This document shows, piece by piece, positions 8,958 to 18,511 of a DNA stretch of 64,000 nt. Source of the DNA: Sulfurospirillum sp. Its GTDB lineage: Bacteria > Campylobacterota > Campylobacteria > Campylobacterales > QNZT01. The position numbers and the translations under genes are program-made. Under the pieces are notes generated by a model, which worked only from the letters and a program-made list of their open reading frames with translations, was not told the DNA's origin and made no database searches. Within the stretch, counting starts at the first letter, position 1. Each line of letters begins with the position of its first letter. The stretch covers positions 45,338 through 109,337 of the forward strand of contig JANTGR010000001.1 in assembly GCA_024762875.1 (NCBI GenBank). Direction: 5' to 3'.

Positions 8958-9308
8958 ATGAATGATTTTACAAAAATTAAGCTTATCAACTCACTTATTG
9001 ATGTGGTAGAGCATTTTTATCTGTTGAAAAACAGCAAAGAGAGCAAAGAGACGCATCATCTTAAAGGATTTTGTGAAGGCATGGCCTATACGCTGATTGA
9101 GATGGAGTATCTCTCTTCTGATGAGGCTGCCACTATTTTGAAAGGTTTGGGAAAAAAAGAGCAGTTTTTAGAGCCAGAAGAACATGATGAACCCAGTGAT
9201 GAAGCAGCACCATTCATAAACGCTATGTCACAAGCTCTGCCTCAGGATGATCTTGATATCCCTACCTTCATACGTAAAAATAAAGACGCAGCATCTTCTG
9301 ATACATAA
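8958..9308 (+). CDS. small hypothetical protein with acidic linker and FtsZ-like C-terminal peptide
   Basis: 116 aa. A helical N-terminal part is followed by an acidic, probably disordered stretch (EPEEHDEPSDEAAP). After that comes DDLDIPTFIRKNK, which matches the conserved FtsZ C-terminal tail motif. Confidence 0.6.
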   Translation: MNDFTKIKLINSLIDVVEHFYLLKNSKESKETHHLKGFCEGMAYTLIEMEYLSSDEAATILKGLGKKEQFLEPEEHDEPSDEAAPFINAMSQALPQDDLDIPTFIRKNKDAASSDT

Positions 9309-9363
9309 AGAAATCTTCCAAACAGCCGATATAGTTTAGAGTTTTCAAAAGGAGATAGTCTGT

Positions 9364-10440
9364 ATGATTGATTATAAATTGGTGCATGAATATACAAAGT
9401 CTATGCGTATTCTCTATGTTGAGGATAATGCAACTTTGAGAGAAAGTACCCTTCTTGTTCTTGAAAATTTTTTTAAAACTGTTGATACAGCAGTTGACGG
9501 ACTTGATGGTATCGATCATTACAAAACCTATCTCAATCAATATGGCTCTTCTTATGATTTGGTGATCACTGATATCAATATGCCGCATATTGATGGACTG
9601 GAGATGAGTGAAGGGATACGGGAATTGGAACCTGAACAAGCTATCATCTGTATCTCAGCCCACAATGAAACAACTTATCTGCTAAAGGCAATACAAATAG
9701 GGATTTCAAGCTTTTTGCTTAAACCTTTAATCATGCAGAATTTAGCGCAAGAACTCTATAAAATCTGTCAGGCAATCAGTGATAGAAAATTGGTAAGAGA
9801 GTACTATCAGCAGCTAGAAGAGATGAATGAAAGACTTGAAAAGCAAAAAGAAGAGTTGCAGTTAAAGACCCTGGAACAGGAAAAATTGCTGCGTTTACTC
9901 GATACTATCGGAATCAAAAGTGACAATAGAGAAAAATCTGCAGTGCAAAAAAGCATGCAACCAGAGCAAACGCATACACTGAGAGAGAAAGAGGATGTCT
10001 ATTATGCACAAATAGAGGAGCTTATTTGTGAAGATCTTACCGAGTTGCAGGAGCTGCATACTGAGATAGATGCAAATATCATTGCTATTATTGGTGGTGA
10101 TGACAGTTTGATAGAGAAAATATCTTCTCTTTTCACACGGTATGCATCCATTTTAGGAGCGTATTCGAGTTTTGATGCTCTAAGTGCGGCTATGATGGAT
10201 TTTACGCATGCCATGACTATAGAGCCATTACCTAAAAACAGTGCACAAACAAAAGAGATATTTACATTTTTGGAAGCCTTTATGTATATTTTGGGTAAAT
10301 GGCAAAAAGAGTTATTGGCACAAAGTGATAAAAAACTCAATCAATTAGATGTGTCAATTATCGGAGATATCGAAACAATTACCAATATGTGGCTTGCAGG
10401 AGAGGAAAGTTCCCAGGAGTGTGAGGTAGAATTTTTCTAA
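9364..10440 (+). CDS. response-regulator receiver protein with coiled-coil and helical C-terminal domain (no DNA-binding domain recognised)
   Basis: The REC domain reads MRILYVEDNATLRE...DLVITDINMPHIDGLE...LLKPL. A coiled coil follows (EEMNERLEKQKEELQLKTLEQEK). The C-terminal helical region is weakly Hpt-like and ends in EVEFF. Confidence 0.75.
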   Translation: MIDYKLVHEYTKSMRILYVEDNATLRESTLLVLENFFKTVDTAVDGLDGIDHYKTYLNQYGSSYDLVITDINMPHIDGLEMSEGIRELEPEQAIICISAHNETTYLLKAIQIGISSFLLKPLIMQNLAQELYKICQAISDRKLVREYYQQLEEMNERLEKQKEELQLKTLEQEKLLRLLDTIGIKSDNREKSAVQKSMQPEQTHTLREKEDVYYAQIEELICEDLTELQELHTEIDANIIAIIGGDDSLIEKISSLFTRYASILGAYSSFDALSAAMMDFTHAMTIEPLPKNSAQTKEIFTFLEAFMYILGKWQKELLAQSDKKLNQLDVSIIGDIETITNMWLAGEESSQECEVEFF

Positions 10441-11192
10441 ATTTTTTCTGTGCTGCCAACCCAGATGGTATCTTCATCTACTGCAGGATTATTGAGTAGA
10501 ATTTCATGCGGTTTGTACTGCTCTTTATAATTTAAACTATCACAATCCTTAACATAATAACCGAGATAGATCCACTCCAGATCACGTATCTTTGCCATCT
10601 CAATTTGCTTATAAATAGAGTATTTTCCCAATGTTAAATGTGCATAGTCAGGATCATAATAAAAATATATTGCAGAGATGCCATCTTCAAGAAAATCAAC
10701 CAAATCCACCCCGATGAGTTTTTCATCTTTGATATAGAGAATTTCATAACCATAGCTGGAATGTCCTGTAGCATATAAGTCTGCATAAGATTCAGCTGTA
10801 ATAGGATAGTACTCCCACCCTTTTTTCTGCTGCATATAATGGTGATATTTTTCATACAGTGCCAGATGATCAGGTGAGATAGAGGGTTTGCGGACTAAAA
10901 CCCTGGTATTTTCATTTTTTTTGATGACTCTGCGTGCTGATTTGCTGATTTGAAACTGGTTTACATTGATACGCATACTGAGACACTCATTGCAGCCTTC
11001 ACAGGCCGGACGGGAATAATAATGACCAAAACGCCTCCACCCTCTTTGTACCAACTTGGAACTTAAGGAGAGTGAACAATCTTTGATATATTTGTATGCC
11101 ATCTTCATATTTTTCCCTTTTAAATAGACACAGTCAGATTCCAAGGTCGAAAATTCAATAATATCTGTGTCTATAAAAGGTACTTTTCTCAT
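10437..11192 (-). CDS. bpt: arginyl/leucyl-tRNA--protein transferase family (Bpt/Ate-type, N-end rule)
   Basis: 251 aa. ATE_N-type motifs are present (CVYLKGK, GWRRFGHYYSRPACEGCNEC), along with the ATE_C motif IYLGYYVKDCDSLNYKEQYKPHE. Confidence 0.85.
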   Translation of the reverse strand: MRKVPFIDTDIIEFSTLESDCVYLKGKNMKMAYKYIKDCSLSLSSKLVQRGWRRFGHYYSRPACEGCNECLSMRINVNQFQISKSARRVIKKNENTRVLVRKPSISPDHLALYEKYHHYMQQKKGWEYYPITAESYADLYATGHSSYGYEILYIKDEKLIGVDLVDFLEDGISAIYFYYDPDYAHLTLGKYSIYKQIEMAKIRDLEWIYLGYYVKDCDSLNYKEQYKPHEILLNNPAVDEDTIWVGSTEKI

Positions 11193-11194
11193 GC

Positions 11195-11644
11195 TTAAGC
11201 CAATATCCGTTGATACTCTTCGAAGATTTCATCTTTTAGTTTTTCTGCTTCTTCATTACCATGTTTACAATTGCTTTTGATAACAGCTTCGAGACGTTCT
11301 AAAATAGTGATAAAATCCTGTTCTACCTCTTTTTTGGGTTTGTTCTTTGAAAGTACTGTTTCATAAAAAGAGGCTTTTCTGATCAAATCATTTAATTCCC
11401 GCATGACTGCTTTTTCATCACAGTTTTCATTAGGACAAAAGCGTGGGTTAGAGCATTCAATATCACTATCCAAATCTTTTTTCAAAGCCCTGATGTACTC
11501 TTGGAGTTTAGCTGAAAACATCGCATATCTCGGCGAGTTGTCTTTGGTCTTTTCTTCTATCTTTTGTGTTACTTTGTTGATATTTTGGTACATAAAGTAA
11601 GTTACCACTGAACCTACCAATACGACTGAAAATATATCTATCAT
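11195..11644 (-). CDS. hypothetical membrane-anchored protein
   Basis: 149 aa. It has a single N-terminal TM segment (IFSVVLVGSVVTYFMY) and is otherwise charged and helical. I recognised no motif. Confidence 0.45.
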   Translation of the reverse strand: MIDIFSVVLVGSVVTYFMYQNINKVTQKIEEKTKDNSPRYAMFSAKLQEYIRALKKDLDSDIECSNPRFCPNENCDEKAVMRELNDLIRKASFYETVLSKNKPKKEVEQDFITILERLEAVIKSNCKHGNEEAEKLKDEIFEEYQRILA

Positions 11645-11742
11645 CTACAATTCCTCAATTTATTTTGGTACATTATAGTCATAATTTGATTTTAAATCAA
11701 TTTAACACTATAATAATGCAAAAAATTTAAGGGTAGAAGTAG

Positions 11743-13095
11743 ATGAGTAACTGGAATTTAAAGAGCTGGAGAGATAAACCGATCCTCCAACAACCGACTT
11801 ATAAAGATCAAGCACTACTAAAAGAGGTAGAAAAAAAGTTACAAGATTACCCGCCGCTGGTATTTGCAGAAGAGGTAAGAAGTCTGAAAAAACATTTGGC
11901 AGATGTGACAGAAGGAAAAGCATTTTTACTGCAGGGTGGTGATTGTGCTGAGAGTTTTTCCGAATTCAATGCGGATAATATCAAAGATTTTTTCAAAGTA
12001 TTTTTGCAAATGTCTGTCGCATTAACTTTTGCCGGGGGTAAACCTGTCGTAAAAGTAGGGCGTATAGCCGGGCAGTTTGCCAAACCGCGCTCTAGTGATT
12101 TTGAAGAGATAAATGGCGAAAAACTGCCAAGTTACCGTGGTGATATCATCAATAGTATCGAATTTACCCAAGAGGCAAGAGAACCGGATCCTTATAGAAT
12201 GCTCAGTGCTTATAATCAATCTGCTGCAACACAGAATCTTATCCGTGCCTTTGCCAGAGGCGGCTATGCAGATCTAAGACAGGTACACCAATGGAATCTT
12301 GATTTTACCAAAGGATCTGCGGCCAATAAAAGATATCATGAACTGACAAATGATATTGAAAAAGCGCTTGATTTTATGGAAGCGATCGGGATTAATTCCA
12401 ATACAATGCCTTCTTTGAACCAAACTGTACTATATACGTCTCATGAAGCACTGCTTTTAAATTATGAAGAAGCATTGACACGAACAGACAGTCTCTCAGG
12501 AAAATACTATGACTGCTCTGCGCATATGCTTTGGATCGGGGACAGAACACGTCAAGTAGATGGGGCACATGTAGAGTTCTTACGTGGTGTTGAAAATCCG
12601 GTGGGTATCAAAGCAGGGCCTACTACGACAACAGAAGATCTCTTGAGCCTCATTGATGCAATCAATCCTGAAAATGAAGCAGGAAAACTCAATGTCATAG
12701 TACGTATGGGTGCAGATAAAGTGGGTGATCACTTGCCGGCATTGCTGCGTGCTGTAGAAAAAGAAGGTAAAAAAGTACTCTGGTCTTGTGACCCAATGCA
12801 CGGTAATACCATCAAAGCCGGCAATAACTTTAAAACACGTGAATTTGACAATGTATTAAGAGAAGTGACAAATTTTATGCAGATTCATGCCAGTGAAGGA
12901 ACTGTAGCGGGTGGTGTGCACCTTGAAATGACAGGTAAGGACGTCACAGAGTGTATCGGTGGCGCCCAGGCAATAACAGAAGAAAATCTTTCTTCCCGTT
13001 ATCATACCCATTGTGATCCAAGACTCAATGCTTCACAGGCATTGGAACTTTCATTTTTGATCGCAGATGCACTGAAAAACGGGTCAAAAAAATAG
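11743..13095 (+). CDS. class II 3-deoxy-7-phosphoheptulonate (DAHP) synthase
   Basis: 450 aa. Class II signatures are present: [30 protein letters not shown]. Confidence 0.9.
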   Translation: MSNWNLKSWRDKPILQQPTYKDQALLKEVEKKLQDYPPLVFAEEVRSLKKHLADVTEGKAFLLQGGDCAESFSEFNADNIKDFFKVFLQMSVALTFAGGKPVVKVGRIAGQFAKPRSSDFEEINGEKLPSYRGDIINSIEFTQEAREPDPYRMLSAYNQSAATQNLIRAFARGGYADLRQVHQWNLDFTKGSAANKRYHELTNDIEKALDFMEAIGINSNTMPSLNQTVLYTSHEALLLNYEEALTRTDSLSGKYYDCSAHMLWIGDRTRQVDGAHVEFLRGVENPVGIKAGPTTTTEDLLSLIDAINPENEAGKLNVIVRMGADKVGDHLPALLRAVEKEGKKVLWSCDPMHGNTIKAGNNFKTREFDNVLREVTNFMQIHASEGTVAGGVHLEMTGKDVTECIGGAQAITEENLSSRYHTHCDPRLNASQALELSFLIADALKNGSKK

Positions 13096-13953
13096 GTGAA
13101 TATCGCTACTGACTGTATCGCCTGTATCTTCAACCAGGCACTTCGTGTGACCAAAGTGCTTGGATTGGAAGATAACAAAAGTAAAGAAGTGCTGGATTTG
13201 GCTGCTTTACATGTCGCTGACTTTTCTTTTTCTCAAACACCACCTACAAATGCTACCCCTCTTTATGAAGATATTGCCAAACTCCTGCATAAAGAAGATC
13301 TATATGCCAAAATAAAAGAAGAATCTATTCAAAAAGCGCAGAAACTGGAACCTAAATGTCTAGCTTTTTTGGCCCAAAGTGAAGATTCATTTTTGACTGC
13401 CACAAAAATTGCTGTGGTAGGCAATGTGATTGATTTGGCTTCAGAGGTGATGTATGATTTGGATGATGAAGTCGATAAAGTGATGCAAACTGATTTTGCT
13501 ATAGATGATACGTCTCAGCTCAAAAAAACCCTCTCAAAGAGTAAGAAAGTCGTTTATTTAGCTGACAATGCCGGTGAAAATGTTTTTGATGCTATCTATA
13601 TTGATCATCTTAAAAAACTTTTACAAGAAATAGAAGTGTATTATTTTGTCAGAGGAAAGCCTATTATCAATGATTTGACACTCAATGATTTGGAAAATGA
13701 CAGACTACATCAGCTGACGACAGTTGTAGATAGTGGTGTTTCTACACCGGGTATTATTTATGAGCAGATGCAAAGTGAAGCGCAACAACTGTTTGACAGT
13801 GCTGATTGTATTATTTCAAAAGGAATGGGAAATTATGAATGTCTGAGCGAAAAAAGTAACTATCCGATCTTTTTTCTCCTCAAAATCAAATGCAATGTTG
13901 TGAGTCGTGCTTTAAATCGTCCACTTGGTGCTATAATATGTAAAAAGTCATAA
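13096..13953 (+). CDS. DUF89 / ARMT1-like damage-control phosphatase family protein
   Basis: 285 aa. It has a GTG start immediately after the DAHP synthase stop. The motifs LADNAGENVFD and SKGMGNYE are typical of DUF89. Confidence 0.7.
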   Translation: MNIATDCIACIFNQALRVTKVLGLEDNKSKEVLDLAALHVADFSFSQTPPTNATPLYEDIAKLLHKEDLYAKIKEESIQKAQKLEPKCLAFLAQSEDSFLTATKIAVVGNVIDLASEVMYDLDDEVDKVMQTDFAIDDTSQLKKTLSKSKKVVYLADNAGENVFDAIYIDHLKKLLQEIEVYYFVRGKPIINDLTLNDLENDRLHQLTTVVDSGVSTPGIIYEQMQSEAQQLFDSADCIISKGMGNYECLSEKSNYPIFFLLKIKCNVVSRALNRPLGAIICKKS

Positions 13954-13963
13954 ATGAGGTTGC

Positions 13964-14737
13964 ATGCTATCACATATAAAGTCTTACTTTCACAGTGTCC
14001 CAGCTACCAAAGAGAGACATCAGTATCTTGTTGTTCCTGACTTACACGGTGTGCACTCTATCTATCAAAAAGTTGAAAAATTTATCAAAAATGAAGTAGA
14101 AAAAAACCGTACCATTATCTTTTTGGGTGATTATATGGATCGCGGTGAAAGTGGGAGTGTTGATGGACAAATCTTTAAAGATGCCGGTTCCTACCTTGTT
14201 TTAAAAGATTTGATAGCCTTGGACAGGTGGGCAAAAGAAGAGGATCGAAAGATCATATTTTTACGCGGGAATCATGAAGTTTTTTATGAAGATTATTATC
14301 TGCATGATGATCAGTATGCTTACCATGAATATGGTTTTTTTAAAAATAGTACAGATTGTTTAAACCATGTTTTTAAAAATGATAAACTTTTTTTTGATGA
14401 TTTTATCCTCTTTTTGAAAAATCTACAGCCTTATTATTTAGATACGGTGTACGATTATCTCTTTATTCATGCCGGCATCGATCCGGATGGAAGAGATTTG
14501 GATCAGCAGGCCAAAGAGGGACTGATATACTGGATCAGGGATAAATTTCTCTTTTCTGAAAAAAAATTAAATTATACGGTCATATTTGGGCACACCCCAT
14601 TTTCCAAGCCTTTTATGCGCAGTGATAAAATTGGTTTAGACTCTGGTGTCTATAAAAGAGGCTTTATCAATCTATTGAAAATAGACAATGCAGACAGCAA
14701 AATTATCCAAATTGCTAAGAACAATACTGACGTTTAA
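13964..14737 (+). CDS. metallophosphoesterase (PPP-family Ser/Thr phosphatase / ApaH-like)
   Basis: The calcineurin-like motifs are VVPDLHG, GDYMDRG, RGNHE and GHTP. Confidence 0.8.
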   Translation: MLSHIKSYFHSVPATKERHQYLVVPDLHGVHSIYQKVEKFIKNEVEKNRTIIFLGDYMDRGESGSVDGQIFKDAGSYLVLKDLIALDRWAKEEDRKIIFLRGNHEVFYEDYYLHDDQYAYHEYGFFKNSTDCLNHVFKNDKLFFDDFILFLKNLQPYYLDTVYDYLFIHAGIDPDGRDLDQQAKEGLIYWIRDKFLFSEKKLNYTVIFGHTPFSKPFMRSDKIGLDSGVYKRGFINLLKIDNADSKIIQIAKNNTDV

Positions 14738-14836
14738 TACAGCAATTAAATAACATCTTTCATTTTTTTCACTTTTTAATATAAATATTTTCTATACCCT
14801 GCCGATATACTTTTATCTAAAATATAGTAGGAAAGT

Positions 14837-16153
14837 ATGAAAAGTAATACAATCTTTGTTGATAATCATATAGCGATTGATTGCTTAGATTATTGTTCTC
14901 TCTCTTTTTTGTCTTTGGCATTACTGGAAGATGAGAAACAAAATATACTCTTTTTTACTTCACAAAACTATCTTTTGGTAAAAAGTGAATTAAATCATCT
15001 GAAAATAAATACAAAAATTTACAAAAACTACCAGGATCGGGTTGATTTTGTATTTTTAAAAACTACGATGCATCACATGGATGATACCTTTTTTCAACTT
15101 TTTGAAGAAAAAGTGCAAAACTTTTCAGGCGATTTGATATATTTTGACCGAATAGATTATTTTTTAGAATTTACGAAATCTGCAGAATATAAAAAAGCCT
15201 TGGAAAAAATAAAAGTTATTGTCAATCAATATCAGAAAAAAATCATCTATATCTACAGTTCAAAAAGTACACATCACAGTTATATCAATACTGCTATCAA
15301 AAAAAATACAACAAAATTAGATTTTATGAATCGCAACAAGAAGGAAATAAAAATGTCAACACTACACGCCTTGCAAGATGAATTATTAGACGATAAGAAA
15401 CAGCAAAGTCACGCATCTTTTGTCCATGATGAAGAGAGTAAAATACAAGTCATGCTGATGAGTGACAATGATGAGCTTAAGAAATTACAGTATTATATCT
15501 TTTCAAGCTCTGAAGGGGTGGATTACTATACTATCGATCTTTTGCCGGATGATGAGATGTCTATTGTAGAAGAGATGGATATCATCATATATAACAAAGA
15601 AGATCAAACATTGAAAAAAGGTATTTTAGAGTATATCCGCAAAAATAAACTGGCAGCTAAATTTTTTGAAATTACCGACAATGACTATCTTAGACAAAAA
15701 GATCTTTTACTGGCCAATATCGCAGGTGTCGACAAGCTTTTTAAGAAAAATTTTTTGATGGAAGATTTTGTGATGTCGATAGAAATGTATCTCAATAGTA
15801 ACTTTTATTCCAAAAGATTGATCAATCTGGATGTTGACAATGAAATTGTACTCAACAAAAAAGAGAGCTTTGATGATAAAATAAATTTACTGCTCTCTAA
15901 AAAAGTCTTTTTCTCCGTATTGACATACCACTATGAAGCTGATGCAGATATAGGAACATACAACATCCAAAAAATTGTCAGGGAATATGATAATATCTAT
16001 ATCAACGCACGGCACAAACAGATGCACTTTCTCATCTTAAATACCATTCCTGATTTTGCGAAAGAGTTGATAGAAGAACGTATACAAAACTTTTCAATTA
16101 TACTGGAAGAAAAAGAGAGAAAATCTGCTTTTGATCTGGTTTTTGATAATTAA
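14837..16153 (+). CDS. hypothetical protein (Lys/Asn-rich, no confident domain)
   Basis: 438 aa. It forms a long ORF in coding-like context. I see only weak resemblance to degenerate RecA/KaiC-like, receiver-like and GGDEF-like segments, and no catalytic motifs. Confidence 0.45.
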   Translation: MKSNTIFVDNHIAIDCLDYCSLSFLSLALLEDEKQNILFFTSQNYLLVKSELNHLKINTKIYKNYQDRVDFVFLKTTMHHMDDTFFQLFEEKVQNFSGDLIYFDRIDYFLEFTKSAEYKKALEKIKVIVNQYQKKIIYIYSSKSTHHSYINTAIKKNTTKLDFMNRNKKEIKMSTLHALQDELLDDKKQQSHASFVHDEESKIQVMLMSDNDELKKLQYYIFSSSEGVDYYTIDLLPDDEMSIVEEMDIIIYNKEDQTLKKGILEYIRKNKLAAKFFEITDNDYLRQKDLLLANIAGVDKLFKKNFLMEDFVMSIEMYLNSNFYSKRLINLDVDNEIVLNKKESFDDKINLLLSKKVFFSVLTYHYEADADIGTYNIQKIVREYDNIYINARHKQMHFLILNTIPDFAKELIEERIQNFSIILEEKERKSAFDLVFDN

Positions 16154-16198
16154 TACCCTCTTGGGTATTTCTCATGTATAAAACCATCCAATATGCCC

Positions 16199-16232
16199 TG
16201 TCATGATAGCTGTAACTATACTATCATGATAG
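16199..16232. repeat. pair of iterated-palindrome copies in an intergenic spacer
   Basis: TgTCATGATA at 16199-16208 matches 9 of 10 positions. CTATCATGATAG at 16221-16232 is a perfect 12-bp palindrome. The centre-to-centre spacing is 23 bp. Confidence 0.85.
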
Positions 16233-16290
16233 ATAAACACTATCTTATCTCCTTTTTTGTACAATCATTTAAAAAGATTTAAGGTTTGTA

Positions 16291-16410
16291 ATGAAAGAGA
16301 TATTTGATATTATCATGATCACAGCTTTTGTACTGTTTATGATATTTATGGTGCGTGGTTTTATGCTGCAGTCACAGGCAAAAAATCGTCACATGCATGA
16401 TGATGAATAA
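16291..16410 (+). CDS. candidate small membrane protein (39 aa)
   Basis: My own translation is MKEIFDIIMITAFVLFMIFMVRGFMLQSQAKNRHMHDDE. It has one TM helix followed by a basic tail, and AAGG lies 6 nt upstream of the ATG. It is below the ORF-track size cutoff. Confidence 0.3.
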   Translation: MKEIFDIIMITAFVLFMIFMVRGFMLQSQAKNRHMHDDE

Positions 16411-16498
16411 GCACATCTTCTTAACACAGAACTGTTTCATACAACTTTTACAACATCTTCGATAAAATCCTTTTACTATTTATAAAAGGCATAATTTG

Positions 16499-18511
16499 AT
16501 GAAAAAATCGCTATTGATTGAAATTGGCGTGGAAGAGCTTCCTGCAATTCCTTTTTTAAAAGAGCTTCCCAGCATAGAGACAAAATGGCAGGCAATATTA
16601 CAGGTATATGCGCTAGAGAGTGATTTTGACTTTTTTTATACTCCCAGAAGACTCTTGTTTTGGCATCGTGAATTTCCTCTCAAGCAGGCAGATACCCTGC
16701 AGGAGTTTTTTGGTGCACCTCTGGATATAGCTTATAAAGAAGGTAAACCCACACCCGCTGCTTTGGGTTTTGCCAAAAAATGCGGTGTATCTATAGATGC
16801 CATCAGTCAAACAGAAAAAAATGGCAAAACAGTGCTTTATTTTCAAAAAGAAGAAGCAGGGCAGGAAGCCCGAAAATTGTTGCCTGACATGATAAGCGAT
16901 TTGCTGGAAAAACTACACTTTGGCAAGTCCATGCGATGGGGAGATGAAAATAAGCATTTTATCAGACCGATTCGTTTTATCGGCTGTATGCTTGATAATG
17001 AGGTGATTGATTTTTCACTATACGGTGTCAAAAGTGACAACAAAAGTTATGGGCATAGAACCATTACCTATGATCCTTTCACTTATACAAGCAGCGGTGA
17101 CTATTTTTGTAAGCTGGACAAAGCGGGCGTCATACTCTATCCCAAAGAACGGGAAAAGATGATCCTGTCACAATTTGAATCTATTGAAAAGGCACATCCT
17201 TACAAGATAGAGATTGATGCCGATTTATTGGCTGAAGTTGTAGCAATCACTGAACATCCATATGCGCTGCTTGGCAGTTTTGACAAAAAGTTTTTAGATC
17301 TGCCGCCTGAAGTAATCATCACTTCCATGAAAGAGCATCAGCGTTATTTTGCTGTTTTTGAAAATGGTAAACTGACCAATAAATTTATTGTTGTTTCCAA
17401 TGCTATTACTGATGATTACAGTGAAATCATCAAAGGAAATGAAAAAGTTTTACATGCTAGATTAAGTGATGGTCTTTTCTTTTATGAAAATGATTTGAAA
17501 GCAGGTTTACAGACAGAAGGCTTGAAAAATATCACTTTTATGCAAGGTGCCGGCACGGTTTATGACAAGACGCTACGAGAAGTCGAAATCGCCAACTACT
17601 TAAATGAATCAGTCGGTGAAGACAAAGCACTTTTAGTCAAGTCTGTCTTATTGACCAAAGCCGATTTACTGACAGACATGGTATATGAGTTTACAGAGTT
17701 GCAGGGGCTGATGGGTTACTACTATGCGCAGGCTGCAGGAGAAGATGAACGCCTTTGCAGAGCACTGAAAGAGCAGTACCTCCCGGATGGAGAAGAGTCT
17801 GATCTGCCTTCGAGTGATTTTTCGGCGATAGTAGCTATGAGTCATAAACTTGACTCTATATTGACACTCTTTAATATCGGTCAGATTCCAACAGGTACAA
17901 AAGATCCTTTTGCCTTGAGAAGGGCAGCAATCGGTATCATTAAAATCGTGCTGGATCGCGGATTTGCCTTTGATATCAAAAAAGATTTGGCATCCCTCTC
18001 TGTCACGTATGAAAATATCGATCTTGCTTTGGTTGAAAACTTTTTTCTTGAAAGAATCAACCAGTATTTTTCTGTCAATGCTTCTGTCATACAGGCAGTA
18101 TTGCAGACAGGAGAGCGTGATATCTGTGAAATAGCCGCCAAGATAGAAGCTTTGGATAAAATGGTCAATGAAGACAATTTCAAAACGTATATGTCCACTT
18201 TTAAAAGGGTAGCCAATATCATTAAAGATATGGATATTGATGGATCTGTCATGATAGAGGAGAGTTTGTTAAGTCTGGATGCTGAAAAAGAACTGTTTAC
18301 AGTGTATTCGAATGTATCGGACAATGAAGAGAAATGTTATCATGATAGATTGGTGAAACTTTTTTCTCTGAAACCACAGATTGATCAATTTTTTGACAAT
18401 GTGATGGTGAATGTTGATGATGAGAAAATCAAGCAAAATCGTAAAAATCTGATCTTGGCTATTTATCTTGCTTTTAGGGATGTGGCAGATATCAAGGAAA
18501 TCACGATTTAG
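16499..18511 (+). CDS. glyS: glycine--tRNA ligase beta subunit
   Basis: About 670 aa. The N-terminus KSLLIEIGVEELP and overall length are typical of GlyS. The ATG at 16499 directly follows the TTG at 16496 used by the ORF track. Confidence 0.95.
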   Translation: MKKSLLIEIGVEELPAIPFLKELPSIETKWQAILQVYALESDFDFFYTPRRLLFWHREFPLKQADTLQEFFGAPLDIAYKEGKPTPAALGFAKKCGVSIDAISQTEKNGKTVLYFQKEEAGQEARKLLPDMISDLLEKLHFGKSMRWGDENKHFIRPIRFIGCMLDNEVIDFSLYGVKSDNKSYGHRTITYDPFTYTSSGDYFCKLDKAGVILYPKEREKMILSQFESIEKAHPYKIEIDADLLAEVVAITEHPYALLGSFDKKFLDLPPEVIITSMKEHQRYFAVFENGKLTNKFIVVSNAITDDYSEIIKGNEKVLHARLSDGLFFYENDLKAGLQTEGLKNITFMQGAGTVYDKTLREVEIANYLNESVGEDKALLVKSVLLTKADLLTDMVYEFTELQGLMGYYYAQAAGEDERLCRALKEQYLPDGEESDLPSSDFSAIVAMSHKLDSILTLFNIGQIPTGTKDPFALRRAAIGIIKIVLDRGFAFDIKKDLASLSVTYENIDLALVENFFLERINQYFSVNASVIQAVLQTGERDICEIAAKIEALDKMVNEDNFKTYMSTFKRVANIIKDMDIDGSVMIEESLLSLDAEKELFTVYSNVSDNEEKCYHDRLVKLFSLKPQIDQFFDNVMVNVDDEKIKQNRKNLILAIYLAFRDVADIKEITI

